Below are positions 1 through 9,111 of a stretch of DNA of 12,167 bases, piece after piece. Position numbers and translations under genes: made by a program. Position 1 is the stretch's first letter; every line of letters begins with the position of its first letter. The notes under the pieces are model-generated. The model was not told the origin of the DNA. It ran no database searches and saw nothing but the letters and a program-made list of their open reading frames with translations. This stretch comes from Candidatus Nanohalobium sp. (GTDB lineage: Archaea > Nanohalarchaeota > Nanosalinia > Nanosalinales > Nanosalinaceae): assembly GCA_042217545.1 (NCBI GenBank), contig JBDGSM010000034.1:1-12167 (forward strand). Reading direction: 5' to 3'.

Positions 1-371
1 TTGAGGTCTGATTCGTCTACTAGCTGGTCCACAGTAAGCAGATCTATCTCCTCGAACCTGATCTCGACGACTTCGTCCGGGTTGGTACGTTTTGCTTTCA
101 GTATAAGTTCTTCCTCGTCCGCCTTTACCGTGTATGAGTCGACTTCTGGCTGCCAGTTCTTCGGCTGATAGTTATCAGGTCCGTGGACGAGGATGGCGGA
201 GTCCTGTTTCTTGATGACCAGGCGTTCTCCTTTGTCCAGTTTGGACTTTGCGCGTCCCTGGTAGTTGACCATGCAGAGGCCGTTGACCTGGACTGTGTAG
301 TTTCTTTTCAGGTATTCGTCGAGTATTTCCTCGGCCTGTTCGAAGCTCGGGTTTTTGACGATCTTTTCCAT
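1..371 (-). CDS. nucS: Endonuclease NucS/EndoMS (mismatch-specific), N-terminal part; gene continues beyond the left edge
   Basis: Hand translation of the minus strand from ATG at 371: MEKIVKNPSFEQAEEILDEYLKRNYTVQVNGLCMVNYQGRAKSKLDKGERLVIKKQDSAILVHGPDNYQPKNWQPEVDSY... with no stop before the edge. The pattern C-x-V-x-Y-x-GRA-x-S-x-L-x-x-G-x-RL...K-x-D...H...P-x-NWQP is the NucS N-terminal signature. Not in the ORF track because its stop lies outside the window. Confidence 0.92.
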   Translation of the reverse strand, partial: MEKIVKNPSFEQAEEILDEYLKRNYTVQVNGLCMVNYQGRAKSKLDKGERLVIKKQDSAILVHGPDNYQPKNWQPEVDSYTVKADEEELILKAKRTNPDEVVEIRFEEIDLLTVDQLVDESDL

Positions 372-453
372 GAAGAAGTAGTTGAGGCCTTAAGTTCTTT
401 AGAGCTACCGGGTTCCGGAAAGTTTTACAAAAGTCGAGATCATGGGAAGATGC
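372..453. promoter_or_regulatory. Divergent promoter region shared by nucS and radC
   Basis: 82-bp head-to-head gap. AT-rich GAAAGTTTTACAAAA (418-432) lies about 25-30 nt before the radC ATG at 454. CTTAAG (389-394) lies about 20 nt before the nucS ATG on the minus strand. No clear SD for either gene, so leaderless transcripts are inferred. Confidence 0.45.
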
Positions 454-1116
454 ATGGATTATACTATCCAGGAGCTGCCGGAGGAGGAGAGGCCTCGTGA
501 GAAACTTGAGGAGCTTGGCGCCGGGGATATGACTTCTGTGGAGCTTCTGTCTATAATCCTGAGGACAGGTACGCAGGGGAAGAACGTAAAGGAGCTGGCC
601 TCGGAGATCCTGAACCAGCACTCCGTTTCTGAACTCGGGAACCAGGGCCTTGAATCTTTGAAAAAGTTTCAGGGCATCTCAAGGGTGAAGGCAGGGCAGC
701 TGAAGGCGCTGGGCGAGCTGTCGAGACGGGCGGAGAGAACTGAGAGGGAGAGTATAGAGGATCTCTCTGATGTAAGGTCCCAGGTCGGCGATATGAAGTT
801 CCTGGACTCTGAAGTTCTGCGCGTCTTCTACCTGAACTCCGGTAATGAACTGGTTGGTGAGGAGGAGTTCGACGGAGGGGTCTCAAACGTAGGCCTTGAC
901 GTCCAGGAGATCTTCCGTTCCGCTATCGAGTCGAAGGCCTCTGCCGTGATCCTGGCGCATAACCATCCCTCCGGTGAGGCTTCTGCTACGGAACAGGATC
1001 TTGGGACGACTGAGGAGGTTATCGAGGCAGGTGAGAATCTTGGGATAGATGTGCTGGATCACGTGATTGTTGGAGAGGAGGTTTTCAGTATGAGAAGTGA
1101 GACAGGCCTTTGGTAG
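454..1116 (+). CDS. radC: RadC family (UPF0758) JAB/MPN-domain protein
   Basis: N-terminal IQELPEEERPREKL and ELLSIILRTG, HhH-like FQGISRVKA, and JAB metal motif E...ILAHNHPSG...D...VLDHVIVG. Start placed at the second ATG (454, MDYTIQEL); ATG 442 is the alternative. Confidence 0.92.
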   Translation: MDYTIQELPEEERPREKLEELGAGDMTSVELLSIILRTGTQGKNVKELASEILNQHSVSELGNQGLESLKKFQGISRVKAGQLKALGELSRRAERTERESIEDLSDVRSQVGDMKFLDSEVLRVFYLNSGNELVGEEEFDGGVSNVGLDVQEIFRSAIESKASAVILAHNHPSGEASATEQDLGTTEEVIEAGENLGIDVLDHVIVGEEVFSMRSETGLW

Positions 1117-1159
1117 TATTCTTGGCCTCTTTAATATGTTTCGGCTTCTGGGGCGACCG

Positions 1160-1213
1160 TATTTAAAGTTTACTTGGGCCTGTCTATTTGTATCTGTTCT
1201 ACCCGCGCGAGGT
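1160..1213 (+). promoter_or_regulatory. Putative TATA box and Shine-Dalgarno of the RNA polymerase operon
   Basis: TATTTAAAG at 1160-1168. GAGGT at 1209-1213 lies 10 nt before the rpoH ATG at 1224. Confidence 0.6.
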
Positions 1214-1223
1214 ACAATAATCA

Positions 1224-1460
1224 ATGGCTATGGACGTACGTGACCACAGGGCTGTTCCGGAACACAGGAAAATGGAAGAAGACGAAGTTGAGGACCTTCT
1301 CGAGAAGTATAGTACTGAGAAGGATAATCTCCCGAAAATTGAACGGACTGATGCTGCTTTGAAGCAGATGGAGGCCGAGGAGGGAGATGTTATTGAGATA
1401 ACTCGTAGCAGTCCTACGGCGGGTAAAACCAACTACTACCGTGTAGTTGTTGACAAGTAG
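1224..1460 (+). CDS. rpoH: DNA-directed RNA polymerase subunit H (Rpo5)
   Basis: 78 aa with H-x-x-VPEH, LPKI-x-x-x-D and GDVIEITRSSPTAG...YYRVV; first gene of the canonical archaeal rpo cluster. Confidence 0.97.
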   Translation: MAMDVRDHRAVPEHRKMEEDEVEDLLEKYSTEKDNLPKIERTDAALKQMEAEEGDVIEITRSSPTAGKTNYYRVVVDK

Positions 1461-1484
1461 AGCTTTGAAGGTGTCCCCTGGAAA

Positions 1485-2942
1485 ATGAATGAAGAATTCC
1501 TAGAGCAGTTGATCGATAAGAACCTTGTAAAACATCAAATTGAGTCCTACAACCGTTTTGTGGAGGAGCGTGTTCAGGCTATCCTTAATGAGGTCGGGAG
1601 TATCGAGCCTGAGCTTCCTGACGGTGAGGATCTTGTTATAAAAATAGTTAATGTTGAGATCCAGAGGCCTGAGATTAACGAGGCTGACGGTTCTGTAAGA
1701 GAGATTGCTCCGAGAGAAGCTCGTATGCGTGACTTGACTTATTCTTCTGAGATCAAGGTCGAGATGACTCCGATCTTTGAAGGTGTTAAGCAGGATACTG
1801 AAGAGGTCACGATTGGTGAGATCCCTGTCATGGTAGGTTCAGACCTGTGCTGGACCAGTGACTGGGACGAGGAAGAGATGAGAGCGCACGGCGAGGACCC
1901 CAAGGACCCTGGCGGTTACTTCATCATCAACGGTTCGGAGAAGACTTTGATTGCTATGGAGGAGCTTGCGGACAACAAGCCAGTCTACCAGAAAGACGGC
2001 GAGGAGGAGAAATGCCGTATCAACTCGGAGAACGAGGGATACGTTCAGAGGCACGTCCTGAGGAGGGGCGAGGATATTGTCAACATCTCATTTGCTAACG
2101 TGAAGAAGACTCCCGCCGTTGCACTTGTAAGAGCTCTCGGCTACGAGACCGATAAGGAGATTGTAGAAGCTATAGGAGAAGAATACTCTTCAGATGTTTA
2201 CCTGAACCTTTACGAGGTCGACGCCTCCAACCAGGAAGAGGCCTTCGAGTATGTAGCGAACCAGGCAGGTATCACTTCCGATATTGAGGAGAGAGTTGTA
2301 AGCATCCTGGACGAGTACCTGCTCCCTCACCTGGGACAGGAGCCAGAAGCCAGAGAGGACAAGGCAGAGTTCCTGACAAACATGATAAGAAACACAATCG
2401 CCCTCGGAAAAGGCCATATAGATGAGGACGATATCGACCATTACGCTAACAAGAGGCTGAACACTGCAGGCGAACTTCTCGAGATGCAGTTCAGATCTGT
2501 TTTCCTTGGAAAATGGGGTCTGGTCGCACGTATGAAGTACAACTTCCAGAAGAGCGCAAAGCGTGGAAGACTTCCTTCCCTACAGAGCACGATCGTCGCC
2601 GACACGCTCACCAGCCAGATCATGGGAGCTATGGCGACAGGAAACTGGGTCGGCGGCAGAACAGGTGTCTGCCAGGGCCTCGAACGTAACAACCGTATCA
2701 AAACTCTAAGCCATTTGAGAAACATTGTCTCACCTCTTTCCAGCGACAGGCAGCACTTCGAGGCAAGAGACCTTCACCCAACTCACTGGGGACGGATCTG
2801 TCCGATCAAGACGCCGGAAGGTATGAACATCGGACTCAGGACCCACCTCGCGATGTCCGCTAACGTTTCAAGAGGTATGAGCGAGATGGACAGGAACAGC
2901 CTGAAAGCCAAGCTGGAAGAGGTAGGGATCGACGCAAGGTGA
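1485..2942 (+). CDS. rpoB2: DNA-directed RNA polymerase subunit B'' (Rpo2 N-terminal half)
   Basis: Motifs HQIESYNRF, PREARMRDLTYS, GEDPKDPGGYFIINGSE, DDIDHYANKRL, ATGNW, LSHLR and ARDLHPTHWGRICP-x-x-TPEG. SD AGGTG at 1469-1473. Confidence 0.97.
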   Translation: MNEEFLEQLIDKNLVKHQIESYNRFVEERVQAILNEVGSIEPELPDGEDLVIKIVNVEIQRPEINEADGSVREIAPREARMRDLTYSSEIKVEMTPIFEGVKQDTEEVTIGEIPVMVGSDLCWTSDWDEEEMRAHGEDPKDPGGYFIINGSEKTLIAMEELADNKPVYQKDGEEEKCRINSENEGYVQRHVLRRGEDIVNISFANVKKTPAVALVRALGYETDKEIVEAIGEEYSSDVYLNLYEVDASNQEEAFEYVANQAGITSDIEERVVSILDEYLLPHLGQEPEAREDKAEFLTNMIRNTIALGKGHIDEDDIDHYANKRLNTAGELLEMQFRSVFLGKWGLVARMKYNFQKSAKRGRLPSLQSTIVADTLTSQIMGAMATGNWVGGRTGVCQGLERNNRIKTLSHLRNIVSPLSSDRQHFEARDLHPTHWGRICPIKTPEGMNIGLRTHLAMSANVSRGMSEMDRNSLKAKLEEVGIDAR

Positions 2943-2948
2943 TTGAAA

Positions 2949-3020
2949 ATGAATACTATGACTGACAAATCCGAAGCAAAGTTTGCAAAGCTGAAGAAGG
3001 CCTTCAGAGGTGTTTTCTAG
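2949..3020 (+). CDS. Putative 23-aa intercistronic mini-ORF (MNTMTDKSEAKFAKLKKAFRGVF)
   Basis: ATG at 2949 follows the SD-like AAGGTGA that contains the rpoB'' stop. TAG at 3018-3020 ends 1 nt before the rpoB' ATG at 3022. Translation is not demonstrated. Confidence 0.45.
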   Translation: MNTMTDKSEAKFAKLKKAFRGVF

Positions 3021-3021
3021 A

Positions 3022-4821
3022 ATGACAGATGTTTTCCTTGATGGAGAGATCCTGGGGGAGATTGACAGCCCTGAGCAAGTCAGAGAGCAGCTTATCGAGA
3101 AGAGAAGGGACGGAGACATTGGAGAGGAAGTATCCGTCTACTACGCAGAGGACAAGGACGAGATCAGGATAAACACAGACTCAGGACGTGTACTGAGGCC
3201 TGTGATCATTGTTGAGGACGGCGAAGCTCTTCTCAACGAGGAAGATGAGCAAAAGCTGGTTGAAGGTGAGACCTCTCTCGAAGAGTTCGAGGAAGACGGC
3301 ATGATCGAGTACCTCGACGCTGAAGAGGAGGAGAACGCTTACGTTGCGATGGATCGTGACGAGATCACGGACGAGCATACTCACCTGGAGATCGATCCGG
3401 AGATCATCAACGGGCTTTCAGCTTCAATAGTTGTTTATCCTGAGCACGCGAGAGGAGACCGTGTTAACTTCGGTGCAAAGATGTCCGGTCAGGGCCTTGG
3501 AATGCCTTCCAGGGAGCTTCACCAGCGCTTTGACACGCGTGGGAACATCCTGACGTACGGTCAGAAACCTATAGTTACTACAAACACTTTCGATACTGTT
3601 CTGGGCGAGCATCCTATCGGACAGAACATGGTTATCGCCCTTGCCTCTTTCGACGGCTACAACATCGAGGACGCTATTATCATGAACGAGTCATCGATGC
3701 ATAGAGGTGTTGGACGTTCCGCCTACATGAGGACTTACCAGACAGAGGCGCAGCGTTTCTGGGGAGGCCAGAAAGACGAAATAGAAGTCCCTGACAAGGA
3801 CGTCAGAGGATATAGAAGAGAAGAGGCCTACAACCACCTGGACGAGGACGGTATCGCGAACCCGGAGACAAATGTAGAGTCGGATGACGTACTTGTCGGT
3901 AAAACCAGCCCTCCTAAGTTCCTCGGCTCCGGAGGCGGAGAAGAGGTAAAGATGGGTCTTGCAGACCGCAGGGAAACCTCCCTGACTGTAAGACACGGAG
4001 AGCAGGGTAAAGTCGACACCGTTCTCGTTTCCGAGACAGGAGACGGTGACAAACTGATCAAGGTAAAGATGAGAGAGTACAGAGTCCCTGAACTTGGTGA
4101 CAAGTTCGCTACAAGGCACGGACAGAAGGGAACAGTCGGAATGTTTGTTCCTGATCAGGACATGCCTTTCACGAGCCAGGGGATCACTCCAGACATGATC
4201 CTTTCGACTCACGCTATCCCTTCCCGTATGACAGTGTCGCAGATCATAGAGCTCATGGCCGGAAAGGTTGGAGCTCTAAGAGGCGATCCTGTGGACGGTA
4301 CTCCTTACCACAACGAGTCCAAGGAGAAGATGAAGGAGCAGCTGGAAGAACTTGGATTCGAACAGACAGGAAAAGAGACCATGTACAACGGACTGACAGG
4401 CGAGGAAATGGAAGCAGAGATCATGATAGGCCCAGGATACTACCTGAAGCTAAGCCACATGGTTGGAGACAAGGTCCACGCAAGAGCAAGAGGACCTGTC
4501 ACCCTGCTCACAAAGCAGCCTACAGAAGGAAGAAGCCAGGAAGGAGGCCTGCGCCTCGGAGAGATGGAAAAGGATGTCTTCGTGGGACACGGAGCCTCGC
4601 TCCTGCTTAAGGAAAGGTTCGGAGCTGACAGTACAGAGATCAAGGTATGTGACAACTGCGGCGAGATCGCCGTGGAGGATAGAGAGGAAAACAGGACTTA
4701 CTGTCCGAACTGCGACTCCTCGAGCGTAGAAGAGTCGGAGATACCGCATGCGTTCCTCCTGCTAATGAACGAGCTAAAATCCATGATGATGGATACGGAG
4801 CTCGAGCTTGAGGAGGAATAG
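3022..4821 (+). CDS. rpoB1: DNA-directed RNA polymerase subunit B' (Rpo2 C-terminal half)
   Basis: Motifs DSGRVLRP, GYNIEDA, GDKFATRHGQKG, HAIPSRMT, LSHMVGDKVHARARGP, QPTEGRSQEGGLRLGEME and a C-terminal CDNC...CPNC zinc site. Start moved to ATG 3022 because the GTG at 3010 is part of the SD GAGGTG (3007-3012). Confidence 0.97.
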   Translation: MTDVFLDGEILGEIDSPEQVREQLIEKRRDGDIGEEVSVYYAEDKDEIRINTDSGRVLRPVIIVEDGEALLNEEDEQKLVEGETSLEEFEEDGMIEYLDAEEEENAYVAMDRDEITDEHTHLEIDPEIINGLSASIVVYPEHARGDRVNFGAKMSGQGLGMPSRELHQRFDTRGNILTYGQKPIVTTNTFDTVLGEHPIGQNMVIALASFDGYNIEDAIIMNESSMHRGVGRSAYMRTYQTEAQRFWGGQKDEIEVPDKDVRGYRREEAYNHLDEDGIANPETNVESDDVLVGKTSPPKFLGSGGGEEVKMGLADRRETSLTVRHGEQGKVDTVLVSETGDGDKLIKVKMREYRVPELGDKFATRHGQKGTVGMFVPDQDMPFTSQGITPDMILSTHAIPSRMTVSQIIELMAGKVGALRGDPVDGTPYHNESKEKMKEQLEELGFEQTGKETMYNGLTGEEMEAEIMIGPGYYLKLSHMVGDKVHARARGPVTLLTKQPTEGRSQEGGLRLGEMEKDVFVGHGASLLLKERFGADSTEIKVCDNCGEIAVEDREENRTYCPNCDSSSVEESEIPHAFLLLMNELKSMMMDTELELEEE

Positions 4822-4834
4822 AGGTGAATAAAAA

Positions 4835-7300
4835 ATGAAGAACGTAGATAAACTCGACTTCGGAATCATGAATTCGGAAAAACTCCAGAAAATAGCTGTC
4901 AAGGAGATCGACAAGGCAGAAGTCTACGACGCGGACGGATACCCTGTCGAAGACGGAGTTATGGACCCGGCGCTCGGAGTCATCGACCCAGGAATGACAT
5001 GCCAGACATGTGGCGGAAGAATCAGAGAATGCAAAGGACACTTCGGAATCATCACACTCTCCAAACCCGTCGTCCACGTACTCTACGCCAAAAAGGTGCG
5101 CGACCTCCTCAGATTCTCCTGCAAGGAATGCCAGACACTTCTGATGAAGGACGAGGACAAGCCTTACAGAAAATCAAACAGGATGAGCGAGTGCCCGGAA
5201 TGTGGCTACGAGGTGGAGGACGTCAAGCTTGACAAGCCTTACAGCTTCAGAGAAGGAGGCGAAGAGCTGAAGCCAGATGAGATAAGAGAAAGATTCAAGG
5301 AGATACCGGACGATATAGCAGCCAAGATAGGTATGGAAGGCGGAAGGCCTGAAGACCTTATACTCACACACATTCCCGTACCTCCTGTAACGATGAGGCC
5401 TTCGATCACGCTCGACACCGGAGAGAGAAGTGAGGACGACATCACTCACAAACTGGTAGACGTTATCCGTATCAACAAGCGTCTCCAGAACAATATCGAG
5501 ATCGAGGCCCCTGATTTCATTATCGACGACCTGTGGGAGCTTCTTCAGTACCACACTGCTACCCTGTTCTACAACGATCTTTCAAGCGTTCCACCGGCGA
5601 GACATCGTTCCGGTAGAAGCCTGAAATCTCTTATTGAGCGTGTGCAGGGAAAGCAAGGCCGTTTCAGGCAGAACCTGATCGGTAAACGTGTTAACTTCTC
5701 CGCTCGTACGGTCATCACGCCAGATCCCAACATCGGGATCAACGAGGTCGGAGTACCAGGACTGATCGCCAGGAAACTTACGATACCGAAGAAAGTTACT
5801 GAAAGAAACTACGATCAGGCCATGGAATGGATCGAGAACGGTCCTGACACGCATCCGGGCGCAAACTACGTGTTCCAGCCGGACGGAAGCAGAAGAAGAC
5901 TAACTGACGAAAACATCGAAGAGATCAAGGAGGCAATCGAGCCTGGAGAAGGCTGGAAGGTCGAAAGACACCTTATGGACGAGGACACTGTCCTGTTCAA
6001 CAGGCAGCCTTCACTGCACAGAATGTCGATCATGGCACACAAAGTAAGAGTACTACCTTACAGAACATTCAGGCTCAACCTGAACGTCTGCGCACCTTAC
6101 AACGCGGACTTCGACGGAGACGAGATGAACCTGCACGTACCACAGACAGAAGAAGCAAGAGCCGAAGCGGAGGAATTGATGAAGGTCCAGGAGCACGTCA
6201 AATCCCCTAAGATGGGAGGACCTATCGTAGGAATGCTTCAGGACTTCGTATCAGGCCTCTACCTGTTGACACAGGAGGATAAGACTATCTCCCGTGAAAA
6301 GGCCTTTAACCTGCTTGCCGAATCTGGTGAGCACGAGAAGGATCTTCCTGAAGGCGAAAAGGTTTCAGGTAGAGACGTTGTATCGCTATTCATACCCGAG
6401 GACATCTCCCTGACAATCAACGAGGGAGATTCCGATGAAGTGGTTATCGAAGATGGTAAGCTTGTCAAGGGAGTTCTGGATGAAGATGCTCTCGGAGACT
6501 ACGGTGGAGAGATCATCCAGCAGCTTGACATAGAGTACGGAAGTGATAAGGTCGCAGAGTTCCTAAACCGTGTTTCACGTGTAGGAGCTATCTTCCTGAC
6601 ACACCGCGGATTCTCGATAGGCCTTGACGACCTCGAAGTCCCTCAGGAAGCAACCGATGAAATCCATGAAATTATCGATGAAGCTCTTGACGATGCAGAG
6701 GAACTGCTTCAGGAGTACGAACAGGGTAAGATGGAGGCCATCACAGGTCAGACCCTAGAAGATACAAGAGAGATCAAGGTCTCCAAACGCCTGAACGAGG
6801 CGAACACGGATATCGGAGACGTTATCGACCAGTACTTCGACGAAGACTCCTCTGCCTACGTCATGGCAGACTCGGGAGCAAGAGGTTCTATGCAGAACGT
6901 TACCACGATGGCCGGAATGCTTGGACAGAACTCGGTCAGGGACACCAGAATCGAGAGAGGATACAAGAACCGCACGCTCTCCCATTTCAAGAAAGGAGAG
7001 CTCAGTGCGAAGTCGAAAGGATTCGTATCCTCCAGCATCCTGGAAGGCCTTGACGCACAGGAGATGTTCTTCCATCAGATGGCACAGAGAAAAGCTCTTG
7101 CGGACAAGTCTCTTAACACGAAGACATCCGGATACATGTATAGACGTGTATCGAACGCACTGCAGGACCTGAAGGTCGAATATGACCAGACCGTCAGAAA
7201 CGCACAGGGAGATATTATCCAGTTCAGGGCAGGAGAAGACGGTATGGATCCTCAAAAATCGGATAGAGGCGTCATATCAACCAACATCAGTACAAATTAG
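4835..7300 (+). CDS. rpoA1: DNA-directed RNA polymerase subunit A' (Rpo1 N-terminal part)
   Basis: Catalytic [14 protein letters not shown]...C-x-GHFG zinc site, [27 protein letters not shown] and SGYMYRR. SD GAGGTG at 4821-4826. Confidence 0.98.
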   Translation: MKNVDKLDFGIMNSEKLQKIAVKEIDKAEVYDADGYPVEDGVMDPALGVIDPGMTCQTCGGRIRECKGHFGIITLSKPVVHVLYAKKVRDLLRFSCKECQTLLMKDEDKPYRKSNRMSECPECGYEVEDVKLDKPYSFREGGEELKPDEIRERFKEIPDDIAAKIGMEGGRPEDLILTHIPVPPVTMRPSITLDTGERSEDDITHKLVDVIRINKRLQNNIEIEAPDFIIDDLWELLQYHTATLFYNDLSSVPPARHRSGRSLKSLIERVQGKQGRFRQNLIGKRVNFSARTVITPDPNIGINEVGVPGLIARKLTIPKKVTERNYDQAMEWIENGPDTHPGANYVFQPDGSRRRLTDENIEEIKEAIEPGEGWKVERHLMDEDTVLFNRQPSLHRMSIMAHKVRVLPYRTFRLNLNVCAPYNADFDGDEMNLHVPQTEEARAEAEELMKVQEHVKSPKMGGPIVGMLQDFVSGLYLLTQEDKTISREKAFNLLAESGEHEKDLPEGEKVSGRDVVSLFIPEDISLTINEGDSDEVVIEDGKLVKGVLDEDALGDYGGEIIQQLDIEYGSDKVAEFLNRVSRVGAIFLTHRGFSIGLDDLEVPQEATDEIHEIIDEALDDAEELLQEYEQGKMEAITGQTLEDTREIKVSKRLNEANTDIGDVIDQYFDEDSSAYVMADSGARGSMQNVTTMAGMLGQNSVRDTRIERGYKNRTLSHFKKGELSAKSKGFVSSSILEGLDAQEMFFHQMAQRKALADKSLNTKTSGYMYRRVSNALQDLKVEYDQTVRNAQGDIIQFRAGEDGMDPQKSDRGVISTNISTN

Positions 7301-7314
7301 AGGTGATCAAAGAG

Positions 7315-8433
7315 ATGACAAACGAACAGATTACATGGAAGGAAAGAGCAGAAGAACTTCCGGAAAAGTATCAAGGCCTCGACCTTGACAAGGAAACACG
7401 TGAAAAGCTCCATGAGCGGTATGAGCAGATGCAGTACGAGCCTGGAGAAGCTATCGGCATCGTTGCTGCGCAGTCACTCTCTGAACCAGCTACACAGCTG
7501 ACTATGGAGACGTACCACCAGGCAGGAGGCGCACAGGTCGACCTTACAGCAGGACTACCACGCCTGATCGAGATCGTGGACGCACGTAGAGAACCTGATA
7601 CACCGTCCATGGAAGTCTACCTCGCAGAGGACTACAACAACGAGGAAGATGCAAAAAAGGTAGCAAGAAAGCTCAGAGAGATCAAGTTCGAAGACCTTGT
7701 AAAGCAGGATACGATTGATATAATGCAGCTGAACGTTGAATACGTTCTGAACGAGAACCTGCTGAGCGACTACGATGTAGACATGGAAGACGTGAAGACC
7801 AGGATCAAAGACGACGTCAGGAAGGCAAAGGTCACTATCGACGACAACAAAGTAATCCTTGAATCCTCAGAGGACGACTACGACCTCAGAGACTTGAAGG
7901 ATCTGAAAAACGATACAGAGGACGCAAGAATCAAAGGCCTGAAAGGAATAGAGCAGGTTGTAGTTAACGAAGAAGACGATGACTGGCAGCTCCAGACCGC
8001 AGGCACAGCCCTGAGGAAGACTCTGAAGCTTGAAGAGGTCGACGACACAAGGACCACAAGCAACCACCTCTTCGAGATCAAACGTGTTCTCGGAGTCGAG
8101 GCCTTGAGACGCAAAATCATAGATGAGATCAACGAGACACTGCAGAAGCAGGGCATCGGAATAGACGACCGTCACATCATGCTCCTTTCAGATATGATGA
8201 CAAAGGAAGGCGAGCTCCAGGGAACCACGAGGTACGGAATCGTCGGGAACAAGGAATCGATGATCGCACGTTCCGTATTCGAGGAGACGAAGAAACACCT
8301 GCGTGAAGGAACCCTCAGAGGAGAGGAAGATCCTCTGGAAGGAGTCGTCGAAAACATTGTCACAGGTCAACCTGTTCCTGTCGGTACAGGAGCTATCGAC
8401 CTGAAGCCAAAGTTCGGCACGGAGGACGAGTAA
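7315..8433 (+). CDS. rpoA2: DNA-directed RNA polymerase subunit A'' (Rpo1 C-terminal part)
   Basis: [34 protein letters not shown] and [17 protein letters not shown]. Start moved to ATG 7315 because the GTG at 7303 lies in the SD GAGGTG (7300-7305). Confidence 0.97.
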   Translation: MTNEQITWKERAEELPEKYQGLDLDKETREKLHERYEQMQYEPGEAIGIVAAQSLSEPATQLTMETYHQAGGAQVDLTAGLPRLIEIVDARREPDTPSMEVYLAEDYNNEEDAKKVARKLREIKFEDLVKQDTIDIMQLNVEYVLNENLLSDYDVDMEDVKTRIKDDVRKAKVTIDDNKVILESSEDDYDLRDLKDLKNDTEDARIKGLKGIEQVVVNEEDDDWQLQTAGTALRKTLKLEEVDDTRTTSNHLFEIKRVLGVEALRRKIIDEINETLQKQGIGIDDRHIMLLSDMMTKEGELQGTTRYGIVGNKESMIARSVFEETKKHLREGTLRGEEDPLEGVVENIVTGQPVPVGTGAIDLKPKFGTEDE

Positions 8434-8458
8434 AAACCTGTCCTCCAACACCGACCCC

Positions 8459-8466
8459 TTTATAAA
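8459..8466 (+). promoter_or_regulatory. Putative internal TATA box upstream of nusA
   Basis: Consensus-like TTTATAAA in the 89-bp gap between rpoA'' and nusA, about 57 nt before ATG 8523, flanked by an inverted repeat. Confidence 0.6.
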
Positions 8467-8522
8467 ATCTGGGTCGTGTATAAGTATACAGACTGAACGT
8501 ATACAGTTTCTAACGTGATAAA

Positions 8523-8945
8523 ATGGCAACAGCAACTTATGACACAGAAATGATCCGCATGATCAACATGTTCGAATCACTCACAGATGTCGAGGCAAGA
8601 GACTGCCTGATCAAGGACAACGAGGCCTACTTCATCGTACCTGAAGGAAAGGCAGGAATGGCGATCGGAAAAGGAGGAAAAATCGTCCAGAAGGTACAGA
8701 GCCAGCTAGGCAAGGATGTCAAGATCTACGAGTACAACGACAACCTCGGAGCATTCATCAACAACCTTGTCCCAACCGACCTCAGAGGAGTAGACATCAA
8801 GGAAGAAGGAGGACGCAAAACAGTTACAATCAGCGTCCCAAGAGACAACAAAGGCCGAGTAGTCGGAAAAGACGGCAGCAAGATCGACGCCATCAGAGAC
8901 ATCCTAGCAAGGACACACAACGTCGACGACGTAACAGTCGAATAG
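8523..8945 (+). CDS. nusA: Archaeal NusA-like KH-domain transcription factor
   Basis: 140 aa with FESLT...DC and two KH GxxG loops (AIGKGG, VVGKDG); canonical position after rpoA''. Confidence 0.93.
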   Translation: MATATYDTEMIRMINMFESLTDVEARDCLIKDNEAYFIVPEGKAGMAIGKGGKIVQKVQSQLGKDVKIYEYNDNLGAFINNLVPTDLRGVDIKEEGGRKTVTISVPRDNKGRVVGKDGSKIDAIRDILARTHNVDDVTVE

Positions 8946-9111
8946 AGAACATTTATCTGCGGATCAAAGCACATCTAGGCAAAAAGTTTGGATAAGAGGC
9001 CTAACTACAGAACTATCCTTTTAACAGGTAGAGTTAATTCAAGGCCTTTCGCTGCTGATCGGACACAGTGTCACCTTTTTGTGTCATTTACCCCCAGTCT
9101 ATACTGAGGAG

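Noticed and set aside
175..621. ORF-track ORFs 175..621 (-) and 183..500 (+)
   Set aside because: Shadow frames overlapping nucS and radC, which carry recognisable family motifs; these have none.
2942..3022. RpoB split read as a frameshift or pseudogene
   Set aside because: The B''/B' split at this position is an established feature of several archaeal groups, and both halves have an SD, a start and intact motifs.
1485..8433. Inteins or introns in RNAP subunits
   Set aside because: Subunit lengths are normal or short and no intein-like insertion interrupts the conserved motifs.
9034..9087. 17-aa minus-strand ORF MTQKGDTVSDQQRKALN and a GACACA/TGTGTC inverted repeat (9062-9085) in the nusA-kinase spacer
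   Set aside because: Too short, no clear promoter or coupling to a neighbouring gene; compatible with chance.
8946..9111. Possible tRNA or ncRNA in the spacers (also 11874-11983)
   Set aside because: No cloverleaf, T-loop GTTCRA in a stem context or convincing C/D box pair was found by eye; a covariance-model search would be needed to exclude it fully.
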